A DNA stretch of 64,000 nt from Candidatus Dormiibacterota bacterium (GCA_035936995.1 DASYVR010000002.1:5311-69310); one strand, 5' to 3'; counted from the first letter of the stretch, positions 28,775 to 39,417 are shown. A program made the numbers and translations. Notes: generated from the sequence alone by a model not told the origin.

Positions 28775-28885
28775 GGGTTCGTCCTCCTGAATCCGACGGT
28801 TCCGGCGGCTGAATCAGACGTTAGACCGCGAACCTGCCGGCGTCAACCCCGGCCACGGGCCCGGGCTCCGCACCGCCCGGACTTG

Positions 28886-29152
28886 ATGACCGCGCACCCC
28901 TTCTCGTTGTAACGCCGCCCGGGCACGCAACGCCGACCACTCAGGCCCGGTGGGCTGCGGCGCCCCCGGCACCCCGCTTACTGCTGCTTCCTTCCGGACC
29001 TGACAGGGTTCACGGAACCAGGTCGCGCAGGACCAGGCCATCAACGCAGTCGCACGAAACACGACTCCAGACAGCGCACCCCTCAAAGGGGAATTCGACC
29101 CCGCTAAAGCGGATTGCGGGTACAGGGCACCGCTAGCTCCCCGTCTAGCGCG
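28886..29152 (-). ncRNA. ffs: Signal recognition particle RNA, long (Bacillus-type, Alu-domain-containing) form
   Basis: Minus strand has the domain IV core CCTGTCAGGTCCGGAAGGAAGCAGCAG. The 5' region GACGGGGAGCTAGCGGTGCCCTGTACCCGCAATCCGCTTTAGCGGGGTCGAATTCCCC closely matches the B. subtilis scRNA Alu domain. Ends approximate. Confidence 0.85.
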
Positions 29153-29161
29153 ATCGCGTCT

Positions 29162-29167
29162 ATTCTA
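29162..29167 (-). promoter_or_regulatory. Candidate -10 box (TAGAAT) for the SRP RNA
   Basis: attcta on the + strand, ~8 nt upstream of the predicted SRP RNA 5' end. Confidence 0.3.
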
Positions 29168-29270
29168 CCCGTGCAGCCGTCGACCACTTCGGCGCCAGAG
29201 GTCGTGAAGGTAGCCCGTCACGGCGTCCAGCACGGTCTCGATCAGTCCGATTAAGAAGTCCACCATCTCT

Positions 29271-29747
29271 TCAGGCTTGCGGCTCACGCGGCGGTCGGAA
29301 TCGTAACAGGGACCAGGCGCCCAGCCATCCGATCATCGCCCCAAACGCCATCGCCAGCGCCAGGTCCAGCCCGAGGCTGATCACCAGCGTGCCGACATCC
29401 GACGCCTGCCGCTGCTCGATCGGACTCAGGCGATTGAAGGCGGCCTGACCGGCGGGCAGATAGGAAAGGATGACCGCCGCCAGCACGGTGCGAAACACCT
29501 CACTGATCCCGCCCGCGATGGCGCCCATCACCGCCCCTGGGCTGGTGGCCCGGGTCGACGCGGCCAGCTTGCGACCGGCGCCGCCGACGATCAGCAGACC
29601 CAGGGCGGACGTCACGAAATCCGAGAACACCGTCGGCGTCACGTCGTTGGTGGCAAAGACCGCCACCAGGCGGACCAGCAGCGCGAACACACCGGCGATC
29701 ACGCCGAACACCAGCCCTTCTCGAAGCACGAGCCCGACGCGCAACAC
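29271..29747 (-). CDS. Hypothetical membrane protein, translationally coupled to the upstream gene
   Basis: GTG start whose last base overlaps the stop of the 29747..30574 gene (TAGTG); 4 hydrophobic helices. Confidence 0.4.
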   Translation of the reverse strand: MLRVGLVLREGLVFGVIAGVFALLVRLVAVFATNDVTPTVFSDFVTSALGLLIVGGAGRKLAASTRATSPGAVMGAIAGGISEVFRTVLAAVILSYLPAGQAAFNRLSPIEQRQASDVGTLVISLGLDLALAMAFGAMIGWLGAWSLLRFRPPREPQA

Positions 29748-30574
29748 TAATTGACCCGGCCGATCAGCTGGCCTCGCAGCTGTTTCACACGCGCCGCATC
29801 CTCGGGCTCCGGGCGGACGGCGAGGTACCGGGTGAAATCCCTCAACGCATCGGCGTCGTGATGCATCTGAAAATGGATCAGGCCGCGGTCCCGCCACTCC
29901 GAGGTCAGGTGCGGGTCGGTCAGCATGATGCGGTCGCTGGCGCTGAGCGCACGGGCCAGGTCGCCACGCGACAGGTACAGGCCCTTCAGGTTATTGAGGA
30001 CGCGGGCGAGGATCTGGCGTTTCGTCGACGGCTCGAGCAGCGCCGGCCGCATCTTGACCGTGCCACCGTACATAGCCTCCAGCATCTTCGCGCATTCCTC
30101 GCGCGTCAGTGTCCGGCCGTTGAAGGCGTCGACGAAAATCTCGCCGGACGACGCGGGCGCGTACTTGACCAGAAAATGGCCGGGCATGCCGACCCCGCGC
30201 ACCGGCAGGCCGGCCCTCTCCCCCACCACCACGTACAGCACCGCCAGCGTGATCGGGATTCCGACCCGCCGATCGAGGACCTCATTGAGGAAGCTGTTCC
30301 GCGGATCGTAGTACTCCTCGCGGTTCCCCTTGAAGTGCAATTCCTCGAAGAGGTAGGCATTCGCCCGCTCGACCACGCGACCGGGTTCGACTTCGGCGCG
30401 GATCCGTTGCTTCAGCTCGGTGCCCATGCGGGCGAGTTGATTGAGGTACGCCGACGGGCGAAGCTCGGGGTACTCCTCGGCCGCGATCAGGAGGGCGGCC
30501 TCAGCCAGATCCAGGTCTTTCTCCGGCGTCTGCAGCAGGCGCGTCAACGCGTCGCGTGCTTCAGCCGGCGTCAT
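29747..30574 (-). CDS. Transglutaminase-like/TPR protein of the UPF0162 (SirB1/YchA-like) family
   Basis: ELHFKGNREEYYDPRNSFLNEVLDRRVGIPITLAVLY...GMPGHFLVKY region typical of this family; TPR-like C-terminus. Confidence 0.6.
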   Translation of the reverse strand: MTPAEARDALTRLLQTPEKDLDLAEAALLIAAEEYPELRPSAYLNQLARMGTELKQRIRAEVEPGRVVERANAYLFEELHFKGNREEYYDPRNSFLNEVLDRRVGIPITLAVLYVVVGERAGLPVRGVGMPGHFLVKYAPASSGEIFVDAFNGRTLTREECAKMLEAMYGGTVKMRPALLEPSTKRQILARVLNNLKGLYLSRGDLARALSASDRIMLTDPHLTSEWRDRGLIHFQMHHDADALRDFTRYLAVRPEPEDAARVKQLRGQLIGRVN

Positions 30575-30610
30575 GCTTACATAGTCTAGGGGGGAACTTT
30601 CCGCTGGTCC

Positions 30611-31204
30611 GTGCGTCGTCAGATTGTGCGGCCCGGACTGTCACTGATCGTCGCTGCCCTCCTGCTCGCCGGATGCGGCGGCGCGGCCGCGAGTCCGCCG
30701 ACTCCGTCCGCGACGGCGACCGCCACCCCGCTCAGTCAACCCTTCCGGTTGTTCACGCACTGCGGCATCGTCACGACCTACTTTGCCGGTCGTACCTTCT
30801 ACCTCGAGGAACTCGATCCGGCGCGTGTTCCGTACCTTGGAAACCCCGAAGCACCGGGCGTCATGATGCTCGTCTCACCGCACGTCGCCGAGTTCGCGGA
30901 CCCGGCCGGCCACCGCATCCGGTTCGTCGACGAATTGCCTGGCGCTCTGAATACGCCGTACCCGTTCGCCGTCCATGTCCTGAGTGGCGGCAATCGGATC
31001 ATCGACGAGCCGTTCGCCGGCCGCCACTGGCATACCGCTGAAACCCTGCCCGGCATCGTCGGTCCGCCCTACGGCAATGGCCTCGATCGCTTTACAGTCG
31101 TCCCGGGCACCTTCACCATCCTGGACGCGGAGGACGCCGTCTTCCGCAGCGACGCTGGAGCCGTCGTACACTTCACGGCCCTGCCCCTCGCAGGCTGCGA
31201 CTGA
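30611..31204 (+). CDS. Lipoprotein of unknown function
   Basis: LLLAGCGG lipobox. Confidence 0.5.
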   Translation: MRRQIVRPGLSLIVAALLLAGCGGAAASPPTPSATATATPLSQPFRLFTHCGIVTTYFAGRTFYLEELDPARVPYLGNPEAPGVMMLVSPHVAEFADPAGHRIRFVDELPGALNTPYPFAVHVLSGGNRIIDEPFAGRHWHTAETLPGIVGPPYGNGLDRFTVVPGTFTILDAEDAVFRSDAGAVVHFTALPLAGCD

Positions 31205-31241
31205 CCCCTGACCCGTTAAGCTCGCCGGAGGGAGAGGTGAC

Positions 31242-31616
31242 GTGATCGACGAAAAGCGGCGAGGCAGGCGATTCCGTCCGTGGCGTGGAGGGACAAGTGG
31301 CTGCGGTTGTGCCAGCGTTCTGGTGGTGTTGACCGTGGGACTCCTCTTGAGCCTTTTCAATGCGGCGATTGGCGTGGGAGCCTCGGTGCGCATCCCATTT
31401 ACCGCCAGTAACCTGACCATTGCCGGCTCGGTCGGCACCAAACAGAAGTCGCCGCAGGCGCTCCCCCGATACACCATAGGACGGCTTGGCGGAAACCAGA
31501 ACTTCATCAACCACTCGACAACGATGACCATTGGGCCGGCCGAAGGGGCGGTCCTGATCGTGCTGGGCAAACAGGATGGCGCTCCCATCATCGATGTCTT
31601 CCTCGAAGCGCGGTAG
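31242..31616 (+). CDS. Hypothetical small membrane-anchored protein
   Basis: N-terminal hydrophobic helix; weak. Confidence 0.3.
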   Translation: MIDEKRRGRRFRPWRGGTSGCGCASVLVVLTVGLLLSLFNAAIGVGASVRIPFTASNLTIAGSVGTKQKSPQALPRYTIGRLGGNQNFINHSTTMTIGPAEGAVLIVLGKQDGAPIIDVFLEAR

Positions 31617-31636
31617 CACCTCCGGGTGACTCAGGC

Positions 31637-33343
31637 CTAAGCCGCCTGTAGTCGAGCGGACGTCCTTGACCATTTCGACAGCCAGCCTTCGACCTCGCCC
31701 GCGGGCATCGGGCGGCTGAGGAAATAGCCCTGCGCCGTGGAGCAGCCCAGGCGCCTCAGACTCTGCCAGGTGGGCTCGTCCTCAACGCCCTCCGCCACGA
31801 CGTTCAGGCGGAGGCTGCTGGCCAGCTCGATGGTCGCCCGAACGATCGCTTCGCTTCCAGCATTCGTCGACAGCTCCCCGACGAACGAGCGGTCGATCTT
31901 GATCTCCTCGACCGGCAGCCGCTGCAGGTACGCCAGCGAGGAATATCCGGTGCCGAAGTCGTCGATCGAGAAGCCAAAACCTTGCGCACGCAACTGATTC
32001 ATGGTCTCCAGCACCCGAGCTGGCTCCGTCATCAGGGCGCTCTCCGTGATTTCCAGCTTCATCTTTCGTGCCTCGGCGCCCGTGGCGCCGACGACCTCCT
32101 TGAGGCTGTTCGGAAATCGCGGATCCAGCAGGTTACGCATCGAAACGTTGACTGCAACCGGAATGGAGATGCCAGACGCCTGCCAGTCGACCATCTGGCG
32201 AGCGGCCACCTCGATCAGGCAGGCGGTCAGCGGCTTGATCAAACCCATCCGCTCGGCCACCGGGATGAACTCGGCCGGCGGGATCCAGCCCCGCTGGCCA
32301 TGACGCCAGCGAGCAAGTGCTTCCAACCCGGTCACCGCACCCGTGGCCATGGCGACTTGTGGCTGGTAGTAGAGGATGATCTCTCGCATCAAGATCGCCC
32401 GACGCAGGTCGGCTTGGAGCACCAGGCGGCTTGGGTCGTACGGGTCGTCCTCGGGACGGTATAGCGCGTAGCTATTGCCGGAACGTTTCGCCACGTACAT
32501 GGCCACGTCCGCGCGCTGAAGCAGCGTCTCGGCGTTTGCGCCGTGTTGCGGAAAAACAGCGATGCCGATACTGGCCATCACCTCGAGCGGGTGGCCATCG
32601 ACCACGAACGGCTGCTCGACGCGTAGCACGGCATCGGCGACCTTGATTGCACGGTCGGCGTCGGCATCCCGAAGCAGGATGCAAAACTCATCGCCGCCGA
32701 GTCGGGCAATGAGGTCGTCGGCGTCAAGCTGGTTCCGCAAACGCGGACCAACCTGGCCCAAAAGGCCATCGCCGATCTGGTGTCCGAAGGTGTCGTTGAT
32801 CTCCTTGAAGTTGTCGATATCGAGCAGGAGAAGGGCGACGCTGGGCCGTTCGACGAGGGCCTGCTCGACCTGCTGATGGAACATCAGCCGGTTGGGAAGA
32901 TTGGTCAAGCCATCGTGCAGTGCCTGGTGTTCCAGCGCCCGCTGCCCCTCCCTCTGCCGGCGCCGCAACTTGGACTGCTCGAGCGCGTTTTGAACCGCCG
33001 TGCCGAGCCGCGCCAGCCGGTCCTTGAGGACGTAGTCCACTGCCCCCAGGCGCACGGCAGCGACGGCAAGGTCCTCGCCGATAGCGCCGGAGACAATGAT
33101 GAACGGGATCTCCAGCCCGGCCTCCTGCATGAGCTTGAGCGCCCGAAGCGCGTCGAACTGCGGCTGGTGGTAGTCGGCGATGATCAGGTCGAGCTCAGGG
33201 TTGATGTTGGCTTTGAAGCCTGCTTCGTCCTCGACCCTCTTCCAGGTGGGATCGAAGCCGGCCCGGCGGAGTTGGCGCAGCGCTAGGTCCGCGTCCTCGG
33301 GCTGGTCCTCCAGGACCAGCAGATGTAGGGGGCGTCCGCTCAT
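31637..33343 (-). CDS. Response-regulator receiver + GGDEF + EAL protein (c-di-GMP turnover)
   Basis: REC (LLVLEDQPEDADL...IADYHQP), GGDEF (RLGGDEFCIL), EAL (EITES...DDFGTGYSSL) motifs; start trimmed to MSGRP (ATG at 33343). Confidence 0.85.
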   Translation of the reverse strand: MSGRPLHLLVLEDQPEDADLALRQLRRAGFDPTWKRVEDEAGFKANINPELDLIIADYHQPQFDALRALKLMQEAGLEIPFIIVSGAIGEDLAVAAVRLGAVDYVLKDRLARLGTAVQNALEQSKLRRRQREGQRALEHQALHDGLTNLPNRLMFHQQVEQALVERPSVALLLLDIDNFKEINDTFGHQIGDGLLGQVGPRLRNQLDADDLIARLGGDEFCILLRDADADRAIKVADAVLRVEQPFVVDGHPLEVMASIGIAVFPQHGANAETLLQRADVAMYVAKRSGNSYALYRPEDDPYDPSRLVLQADLRRAILMREIILYYQPQVAMATGAVTGLEALARWRHGQRGWIPPAEFIPVAERMGLIKPLTACLIEVAARQMVDWQASGISIPVAVNVSMRNLLDPRFPNSLKEVVGATGAEARKMKLEITESALMTEPARVLETMNQLRAQGFGFSIDDFGTGYSSLAYLQRLPVEEIKIDRSFVGELSTNAGSEAIVRATIELASSLRLNVVAEGVEDEPTWQSLRRLGCSTAQGYFLSRPMPAGEVEGWLSKWSRTSARLQAA

Positions 33344-35249
33344 GGGGGTCAACCCAATGCAACGCAGGGACGGGCAATTAGTTGTAGGCGGTTGCAGTTC
33401 TACCAGCGTGACTGCCAACGCCGTCGTCGCCCTGCTGGGCGTCGCAGCCACGCTTGCGTTTATCGTGATCGCCGCGCTGACGATCCGCGACTGGCTCGCG
33501 ACGAGAGACACCAGCCGGATGTACCTGGCGCTGGCAATCGGCTGCCTGGCCGCCGTTTCCGTCCTCGGGCAGGCAGCCAAGTTCCTCGGCGCCTGGTTTG
33601 TCAGCCTGAATTCGGTTCTCACGACCGTGATCTTCCTCGGCTCCGGCCTCGCCCTGCTGCTCTTCCGGGACAACGTCATCCCGCTGGCTCGGTATACCCG
33701 ACGGCTGGTCATCGGCGCTGTCGCCGCGACGGCTGTGCTGGACATCACGATCCAGTTGGCCGGCGGCAAGGCCGCGCCGGGGCCAATCCAACTTCTCGCC
33801 CTGGTTGCATTAGTGGCCGTTTGGAGCGGCTGCGTGGGCGAGCCGAGTGTCCGCCTCTGGCTGGCAGCCCGCCAACGAACAGCGGTCCAGCGAGCGAGGA
33901 TGCGGGCGCTCAGTCTCGGCTACATCGGGATCATCGCCATCCTGTTGGCCGCGGTCTTTGCCGGATCGTTCGGGTCCACGCCCGGCGTGCGCATCGCGAT
34001 CGCGCTCGCCAGCCTTGCGATCGTCCCATTCCTGTATGCGGGTTTCGTGCCGCCCACCTGGCTCCGCCGCGTCTGGCGCGAGGGCGAAGAGAGCAAGTTT
34101 CGCCAGGCCACCCATGACATCCTGCTGTTCGCTTCCGACCGCGCAACCCTCGCGACCCGCGCGCTCGACTGGGCGGTGCGCCTCAGCGGTGCCGACTCGG
34201 GATTCTTTCGCTCAACGGGCACGATCATTTCAACGCGTGGGATGACGGCGGACGAGGCGAGGGCGCTCGAGTCGATCATCAGCGCGGCCGCCGGCCGCCA
34301 TATCGTGGCCCTCGGCGGGAGGCCGCCGAAGAGCGCGATCATCGCCCGACTCCCTGGAGCCGATGCGGCGATCGTTCTTGTAGGCGGTCCCTTCACGCCG
34401 GTCTTCGGTACGGACGAAGAGGCGTGGATGCAGCACTACGCGGCGCTCGTGAGCACCGGGCTCGACCGCGTACGGCTCGTGGGCGAACTGGAGACGAAGG
34501 TCGCCGAGGTCACCGAGCGGACTCGTCAGCTCGAGGCGGCCAACCAGGAGCTCGAGGCCTTCTCCTACTCGGTGTCGCATGACCTCCGAGCGCCGCTGCG
34601 GGCCATCAGTGGCTACACCGCCATCCTGCTGGAGGACTACAGCAGCGCGCTTCCTGAGGAAGGCCTGGGGTACTTGGATCGGGTCAAGCAGAACGGTGAC
34701 CGCATGGGCCACCTGATCGATGACCTTCTCAACTTCTCCCGCCTCGGCCGGCAGGCCCTCCGCGTCCAACGGGTGCGCACGCGGGCGGTACTCGACCGCG
34801 CCCTCGCCCAGCTGGAGCCCGCCATTGCCCGCCACCAGGTCGACCTCGTCGTGGGTGACCTCCCCGACTGCGATTCGGATCCGGATCTCCTGGAGCAGGT
34901 GTTCATCAACCTGCTCAGTAACGCGTTCAAATATTCGGGGAAACGCGAGGGCGCGCGCGTCGAGGTTGGCGCACGGGCAGACGACGCCAGCTCGAGCCCG
35001 GTCTTCTTCGTCAGGGACAATGGCGCGGGATTCGACATGCGCTACGTCGACAAGCTCTTCGGTGTTTTCCAACGGCTGCATCGCCGCGAGGACTATGAGG
35101 GCACCGGCGTGGGACTTGCCATCGTCCAGCGGATTGTGGCGCGCCACGGAGGCCGCGTCTGGGCCGAAGCAAAGGTTGACCAGGGCGCGACGTTCTACTT
35201 CACATTGAGCAAAGGAGGCGCGGAATGGCAGCAATCGAAGGCGGCGTAG
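33342..35249 (+). CDS. Membrane sensor histidine kinase
   Basis: About 7 TM helices, HisKA ([22 protein letters not shown]), HATPase_c ([13 protein letters not shown]); start uncertain (ATG 33342, or 33357). Confidence 0.75.
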   Translation: MGVNPMQRRDGQLVVGGCSSTSVTANAVVALLGVAATLAFIVIAALTIRDWLATRDTSRMYLALAIGCLAAVSVLGQAAKFLGAWFVSLNSVLTTVIFLGSGLALLLFRDNVIPLARYTRRLVIGAVAATAVLDITIQLAGGKAAPGPIQLLALVALVAVWSGCVGEPSVRLWLAARQRTAVQRARMRALSLGYIGIIAILLAAVFAGSFGSTPGVRIAIALASLAIVPFLYAGFVPPTWLRRVWREGEESKFRQATHDILLFASDRATLATRALDWAVRLSGADSGFFRSTGTIISTRGMTADEARALESIISAAAGRHIVALGGRPPKSAIIARLPGADAAIVLVGGPFTPVFGTDEEAWMQHYAALVSTGLDRVRLVGELETKVAEVTERTRQLEAANQELEAFSYSVSHDLRAPLRAISGYTAILLEDYSSALPEEGLGYLDRVKQNGDRMGHLIDDLLNFSRLGRQALRVQRVRTRAVLDRALAQLEPAIARHQVDLVVGDLPDCDSDPDLLEQVFINLLSNAFKYSGKREGARVEVGARADDASSSPVFFVRDNGAGFDMRYVDKLFGVFQRLHRREDYEGTGVGLAIVQRIVARHGGRVWAEAKVDQGATFYFTLSKGGAEWQQSKAA

Positions 35250-35677
35250 ACATCCTCATGGTCGAGGACAATCCTGACGACGAAAAGCTCACGCTTCGCG
35301 CACTCCGCAAATATCAGCTCACCAACCGGATCCATGTGGTTCGAGACGGCCAGGAGGCGCTCGACTATGTCTTCTGCACCGGCGCCTACGCGGACCGCGA
35401 CATCATCGACCGTCCGCATGTGATCCTGCTCGACATCAAGCTGCCGCTGATCGACGGCCTCGAGGTCCTCCGCCGGATCAAGGAGGACTACCGCACCAGG
35501 ACGATCCCGGTCGTCATGCTCACCTCCTCCCGCGAGGAGCGCGACCTGGTCGAGAGCTATCGCCTTGGCGTGAACAGCTACATCGTCAAGCCAGTGGACT
35601 TCGATCAGTTCACGGAATCCGCCCGGACGCTGGGGATGTATTGGCTGCTGATGAACCGTCCGCCAAAAGCAGCCTAG
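35225..35677 (+). CDS. Single-domain response regulator (CheY-like)
   Basis: [11 protein letters not shown]...ILLDIKLP...K REC signature, 150 aa. Confidence 0.85.
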   Translation: MAAIEGGVDILMVEDNPDDEKLTLRALRKYQLTNRIHVVRDGQEALDYVFCTGAYADRDIIDRPHVILLDIKLPLIDGLEVLRRIKEDYRTRTIPVVMLTSSREERDLVESYRLGVNSYIVKPVDFDQFTESARTLGMYWLLMNRPPKAA

Positions 35678-36289
35678 CTACTCGGCTGGGGCTGACCCCG
35701 GGTCAGCCCTGGACCCCGGACCAGGTCAGGCCAACACCGCTAGCCCCCTTGAGACTCACATCGGGGTGCAAGAGCGTGATGCCCAGTTCCCGTCGACCAG
35801 GGCTAGATAGTTTTCGACCTGCACCATGAAGGAGGAGCTACCCGGCTGCGCGACGGCCGACGCGCCCACGATGGCGGGAATGACAACCCGGCGGATGATG
35901 CGCCCGTTGCTGGCATCGATCAGCTCGAGGTCGGTCTTGCTGCCGGCCAGGTTAACAACCCGGCGGAGAATCCGCGTCCCATCGGCGCTCAGTCCGGGAG
36001 TATCGGGGCTGGGCTCGGAGTCGAGCACCGGCACCGGGTGACCCGAGGGCATCTGGAGGACGACGCCAGGATGCACGACATCACAAAAGCCGCCTGACCG
36101 GTCAGCCTATCCTGAGCGGTGGGAAGGTTGACAATGGACGCCCCGGAAACGCGGTACGCGAAAAGTGGCAGCTACCGCATCGCCTATCAGGTCTTCGGAG
36201 AAGGCACCTTCGACCTGGTCATCATCCCGGCCTTCGTGTCCCATGTCGAGATGTGGTGGGAGCAGCGGTTCGAGGCGACAATTGCTTTC

Positions 36290-36445
36290 CTAGCGCCGTG
36301 TCAAGAATCGCCGTCGTGCTAGCTCAAACGCAACGATCAGGACAACAGCCAGCAGCGTAGGTTTGATTGGGTCTACTCCCGGCAGAATCGTAGCTGCGAG
36401 GACGATGAGCAGCGCCCACACGAGAATCCTCTGCCAGGTCTTCAT
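36290..36445 (-). CDS. Putative 51-aa two-helix membrane peptide, coupled to ridA
   Basis: ATG overlaps the ridA stop as ATGA; MKTWQRILVWALLIVLAATILPG...; below the ORF-track cutoff. Confidence 0.3.
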   Translation of the reverse strand: MKTWQRILVWALLIVLAATILPGVDPIKPTLLAVVLIVAFELARRRFLTRR

Positions 36446-36846
36446 ATGACCGCGATCGCCTCGACCTCGACCAGGTAGCCGGGCTCGGCCAGCGCCTGGA
36501 CGCCGACGAGCGTGGACGCCGGCAGATCGACCGAACCGAAGACCGCCGTGCGCGCCTCTCCGATGACGGCTCGCAGCTCCGGCCGGTAGCCAACGACGTA
36601 CGTCGTCAGCTTGGTGACATCGGATGGACTCGCGCCGGCGCCGGCAAGCGCCTTTTGGAGGTTGGCGAACACCTGCCGCACCTGGCCGCCGAAATCGCCC
36701 GGAGCAACCAGGTGGCCGCTGGCGTCCATCGACACCTGCCCCGAGATGAACACCATGCGGCGGCCGCTCGCCACCACGACCTGACTGTAAAGCGCCGGCT
36801 TGAATAATCCGTCAGGCGCCAGGCGCGTATGTGCCACTCGGGACAT
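36442..36846 (-). CDS. ridA: RidA/YjgF family reactive-intermediate deaminase
   Basis: VFISGQVSMDASGHLVAPGDFGGQVRQVFANLQKAL and C-terminal PxxEVEAIA-like motif. Confidence 0.85.
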   Translation of the reverse strand: MSRVAHTRLAPDGLFKPALYSQVVVASGRRMVFISGQVSMDASGHLVAPGDFGGQVRQVFANLQKALAGAGASPSDVTKLTTYVVGYRPELRAVIGEARTAVFGSVDLPASTLVGVQALAEPGYLVEVEAIAVI

Positions 36847-37295
36847 GCTATATGGAGACGGTGAGGCTGACCGGGCACCGCCCGCTCGCCGTCGGGGGGC
36901 TGACTACACTCGTCTTGTTAGTTGCTATCGGTGGACTCCTGGTTTTCCAGGCGGTGAGGCCGCGGGTCTCGCAAGCCGACGCGACAGCGGCCGCGATGCG
37001 GCAGCTACGACAGATGGATCCAAGCGTCAGTGGTTTTGTCCTGGTATCGGCCCGCTATAATCCGGCGCCCGACAGGGTTTACGACGACCTCGGGAATTTG
37101 ATCTACTCCGAGTCGCGTTCCGCCTGCCTGGTTTGGCGTATTCAGCTTCCCGCTTGGGTGTGCCACGCTGATGCAGCCTGGGTGCTGCATCTCCGTGCTC
37201 CAGCCCAGGGGGGTTTTAGAAACCACGACGCCTACGTAATCGTGAACGCCCAAAGCGGGACGGTTTCCAGCTCCTCAAGCGCTTCAACCAACTAA
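36831..37295 (+). CDS. Hypothetical membrane-anchored protein
   Basis: TM helix LTTLVLLVAIGGLLVF then soluble domain. Confidence 0.4.
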   Translation: MPLGTCYMETVRLTGHRPLAVGGLTTLVLLVAIGGLLVFQAVRPRVSQADATAAAMRQLRQMDPSVSGFVLVSARYNPAPDRVYDDLGNLIYSESRSACLVWRIQLPAWVCHADAAWVLHLRAPAQGGFRNHDAYVIVNAQSGTVSSSSSASTN

Positions 37296-37299
37296 GTTC

Positions 37300-37596
37300 G
37301 TGACCCTGCCAGAACGCGTCTTTGTGATCGTGGTCGAGTCCGAGGCTGGCCGCGATCCCGAGCGGATGCCCTTGCTCAGTCAGATGGACACGGGCGGCAC
37401 TCGTCGCGCGCCGGCGTTCAGCAGCATGCTACTGGCGACCACCTTCCTCAGCCAGGCCCAGGCGTTGGGGTACTTCGTCAAGCTCGATTACGTCTTCCCG
37501 GCGGATGGGAGGCGCCTCAGCCAGGACTTTCCGGAGTACCAGGTCCAGCTGGACCCCAGTCCCCAGGCGTTTTTCGGCAGCGACCCGGCCGTTTAG
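37300..37596 (+). CDS. Hypothetical protein
   Basis: 98 aa ORF; weak. Confidence 0.3.
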   Translation: MTLPERVFVIVVESEAGRDPERMPLLSQMDTGGTRRAPAFSSMLLATTFLSQAQALGYFVKLDYVFPADGRRLSQDFPEYQVQLDPSPQAFFGSDPAV

Positions 37597-37630
37597 GCTG
37601 GCACAAGCTCGCCGCCCTCTGGGACGTTAC

Positions 37631-39397
37631 ATGCCCGTCATCATGCCACGCTTCAGCCATCGGCTGGCCTTGAAGATCGTCCTGCCGTTCGCCGCCCTGA
37701 CGCTGGCGATCGGGGCCGTCGGCACCCTGACCGCTACCGGAGAACTGAGCGCCCGCAGCCAGGGAGCCTTCGACACCCAGCTGATCCACGATGGCTTCGT
37801 CGCCCAATCGATGGTCCAGGCCGGCGACGCCAGGCGACAGGCGATCCTCCGCCTGCTGGCCGGCGGGTCCGGGCTCAGCCAGAGCTGGGACCAAACCCCG
37901 GCGTTGCAGGCCTGGTTGGAGCGGGCGCTGACGATTCATCCCAACGTCATCGTCGAGGCGGTCGACACCTCGGGCCGGGAGATCGTCGGGGTCGTCGGCC
38001 ATGGTGCGCTTGCCGACACGGTGACGCAGAATCATGACCTGAGCGCCTGGCCGGGCCTCAGCTACATGCTGAGCGGCGGCGCATCGTCCCTCGACGTGGT
38101 CGCCTCCGCCCCCGGGCGCGCGGTATTCACCGGGCAGCCGGTGCACAGTGGCACCGGCAAATTGCTCGGCGCCATCCTGGTCGGCGATTATCTCGACGAT
38201 CGGGCGGCGGCGATCAAGACCTCGCTGCACGACGACATCACCTACTACGACGTCAACGGCCAGGTGCTGAGCACCTCGTTGGGCATCCCGCCCGCGCAAT
38301 GGTCCACGCTGGCGCTCGACTCGGGTACGCGTAATCGCGTGAGTCCGACCAGCGTCGTCGAGCTGTCTCGGATGGCGGGGGGCCCCGGGATGGAGCTCAT
38401 CTTCCCCTGGACCCTGCGCACGGCGAATCTCGGTTACGTCGGGACCACGGCCTCCAGCGCCGGCCTGCTGGCGGATACCAACCAGCTGCGCCTCATCCTG
38501 GTCACGCTGTTCCTCGCCGGCGTGCTGTTCACGCTCTTGATCGGCATCTGGTTGGCGCGCCGCATCACACGCCCGGTGCATCGCCTGGTCGAGGCGACCC
38601 GGCTGGTCAGCGCCGGCGACCTCGAGCACCAGGCGCCGGTGACGACGCGCGACGAGATCGGTGAGCTTACGGAGTCCTTCAACCAGATGACCCGCAGCCT
38701 GAAGGAGAAGAGCGCCTCATTGAAGGGCACCATGACGCAGCTGCAGGACACCTACCTGATGACGATCGAGGCACTGGCGGCCGCGGTCGAGGCGCGGGAT
38801 CCGTATACGCACGGCCACACTCGGCGCGTGGAGGAGTACGCCGTCATCATGGCGACGGCGCTCGGTTGCGACGAGGCGGAGGTCAGCGCCATCCGCAGGG
38901 CCAGCGTGCTTCACGACATCGGCAAGATCGGCATCGAAGACCTGATCCTTCGCAAGCAGGGCCGGCTCGAGCCCGAGGAGGAGCTCCGGATGCAGAAGCA
39001 CCCGGTGATCGGGGTCGACATGCTAAAGGGCATCGACTTTCTCGATCCGGTGCTGCCGCTGGTGCGCAATCATCACGAGCGCTGGGACGGCAACGGCTAC
39101 CCCGATCAATTGCGGGCCGACGAGATCCCGATGGGTGCTCGCATCCTCGCGGTCGCCGACGCGCTTGATGCCATGACCTCCGACCGGCCCTACCGCGCGG
39201 CACGCACCTTCGAATACGCAAAGGCCGAGATTCTGAAGGGCTCGGCGACCCACTTCGACCCCGAGGTCGTCACCGCGTTCATCATGAGCCAGCGGGCGGT
39301 CGAGGAGCTGCTCCGCGAGGCCGCCGAGGAAGAGCTGGAGCACCACCCGGAACCGGACGACCTCGGCGGCTGGCGCAGGCACGTCGTCGGCCGCTAA
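37631..39397 (+). CDS. Membrane HAMP-HD-GYP phosphodiesterase with periplasmic sensor domain
   Basis: TM1, ~280 aa periplasmic region, TM2, HAMP, HD-GYP (HGHTRRVEEY...LHDIGKIG...HHERWDGNGYP); start trimmed to MPVIMP. Confidence 0.85.
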   Translation: MPVIMPRFSHRLALKIVLPFAALTLAIGAVGTLTATGELSARSQGAFDTQLIHDGFVAQSMVQAGDARRQAILRLLAGGSGLSQSWDQTPALQAWLERALTIHPNVIVEAVDTSGREIVGVVGHGALADTVTQNHDLSAWPGLSYMLSGGASSLDVVASAPGRAVFTGQPVHSGTGKLLGAILVGDYLDDRAAAIKTSLHDDITYYDVNGQVLSTSLGIPPAQWSTLALDSGTRNRVSPTSVVELSRMAGGPGMELIFPWTLRTANLGYVGTTASSAGLLADTNQLRLILVTLFLAGVLFTLLIGIWLARRITRPVHRLVEATRLVSAGDLEHQAPVTTRDEIGELTESFNQMTRSLKEKSASLKGTMTQLQDTYLMTIEALAAAVEARDPYTHGHTRRVEEYAVIMATALGCDEAEVSAIRRASVLHDIGKIGIEDLILRKQGRLEPEEELRMQKHPVIGVDMLKGIDFLDPVLPLVRNHHERWDGNGYPDQLRADEIPMGARILAVADALDAMTSDRPYRAARTFEYAKAEILKGSATHFDPEVVTAFIMSQRAVEELLREAAEEELEHHPEPDDLGGWRRHVVGR

Positions 39398-39417
39398 ACG
39401 AGCCTCAAGTCTTCAAG

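Noticed and set aside
34230-35234. 334-aa minus-strand ORF inside the sensor kinase gene
   Set aside because: Antisense shadow.
37517-38629. 370-aa minus-strand ORF inside the HD-GYP gene
   Set aside because: Antisense shadow.
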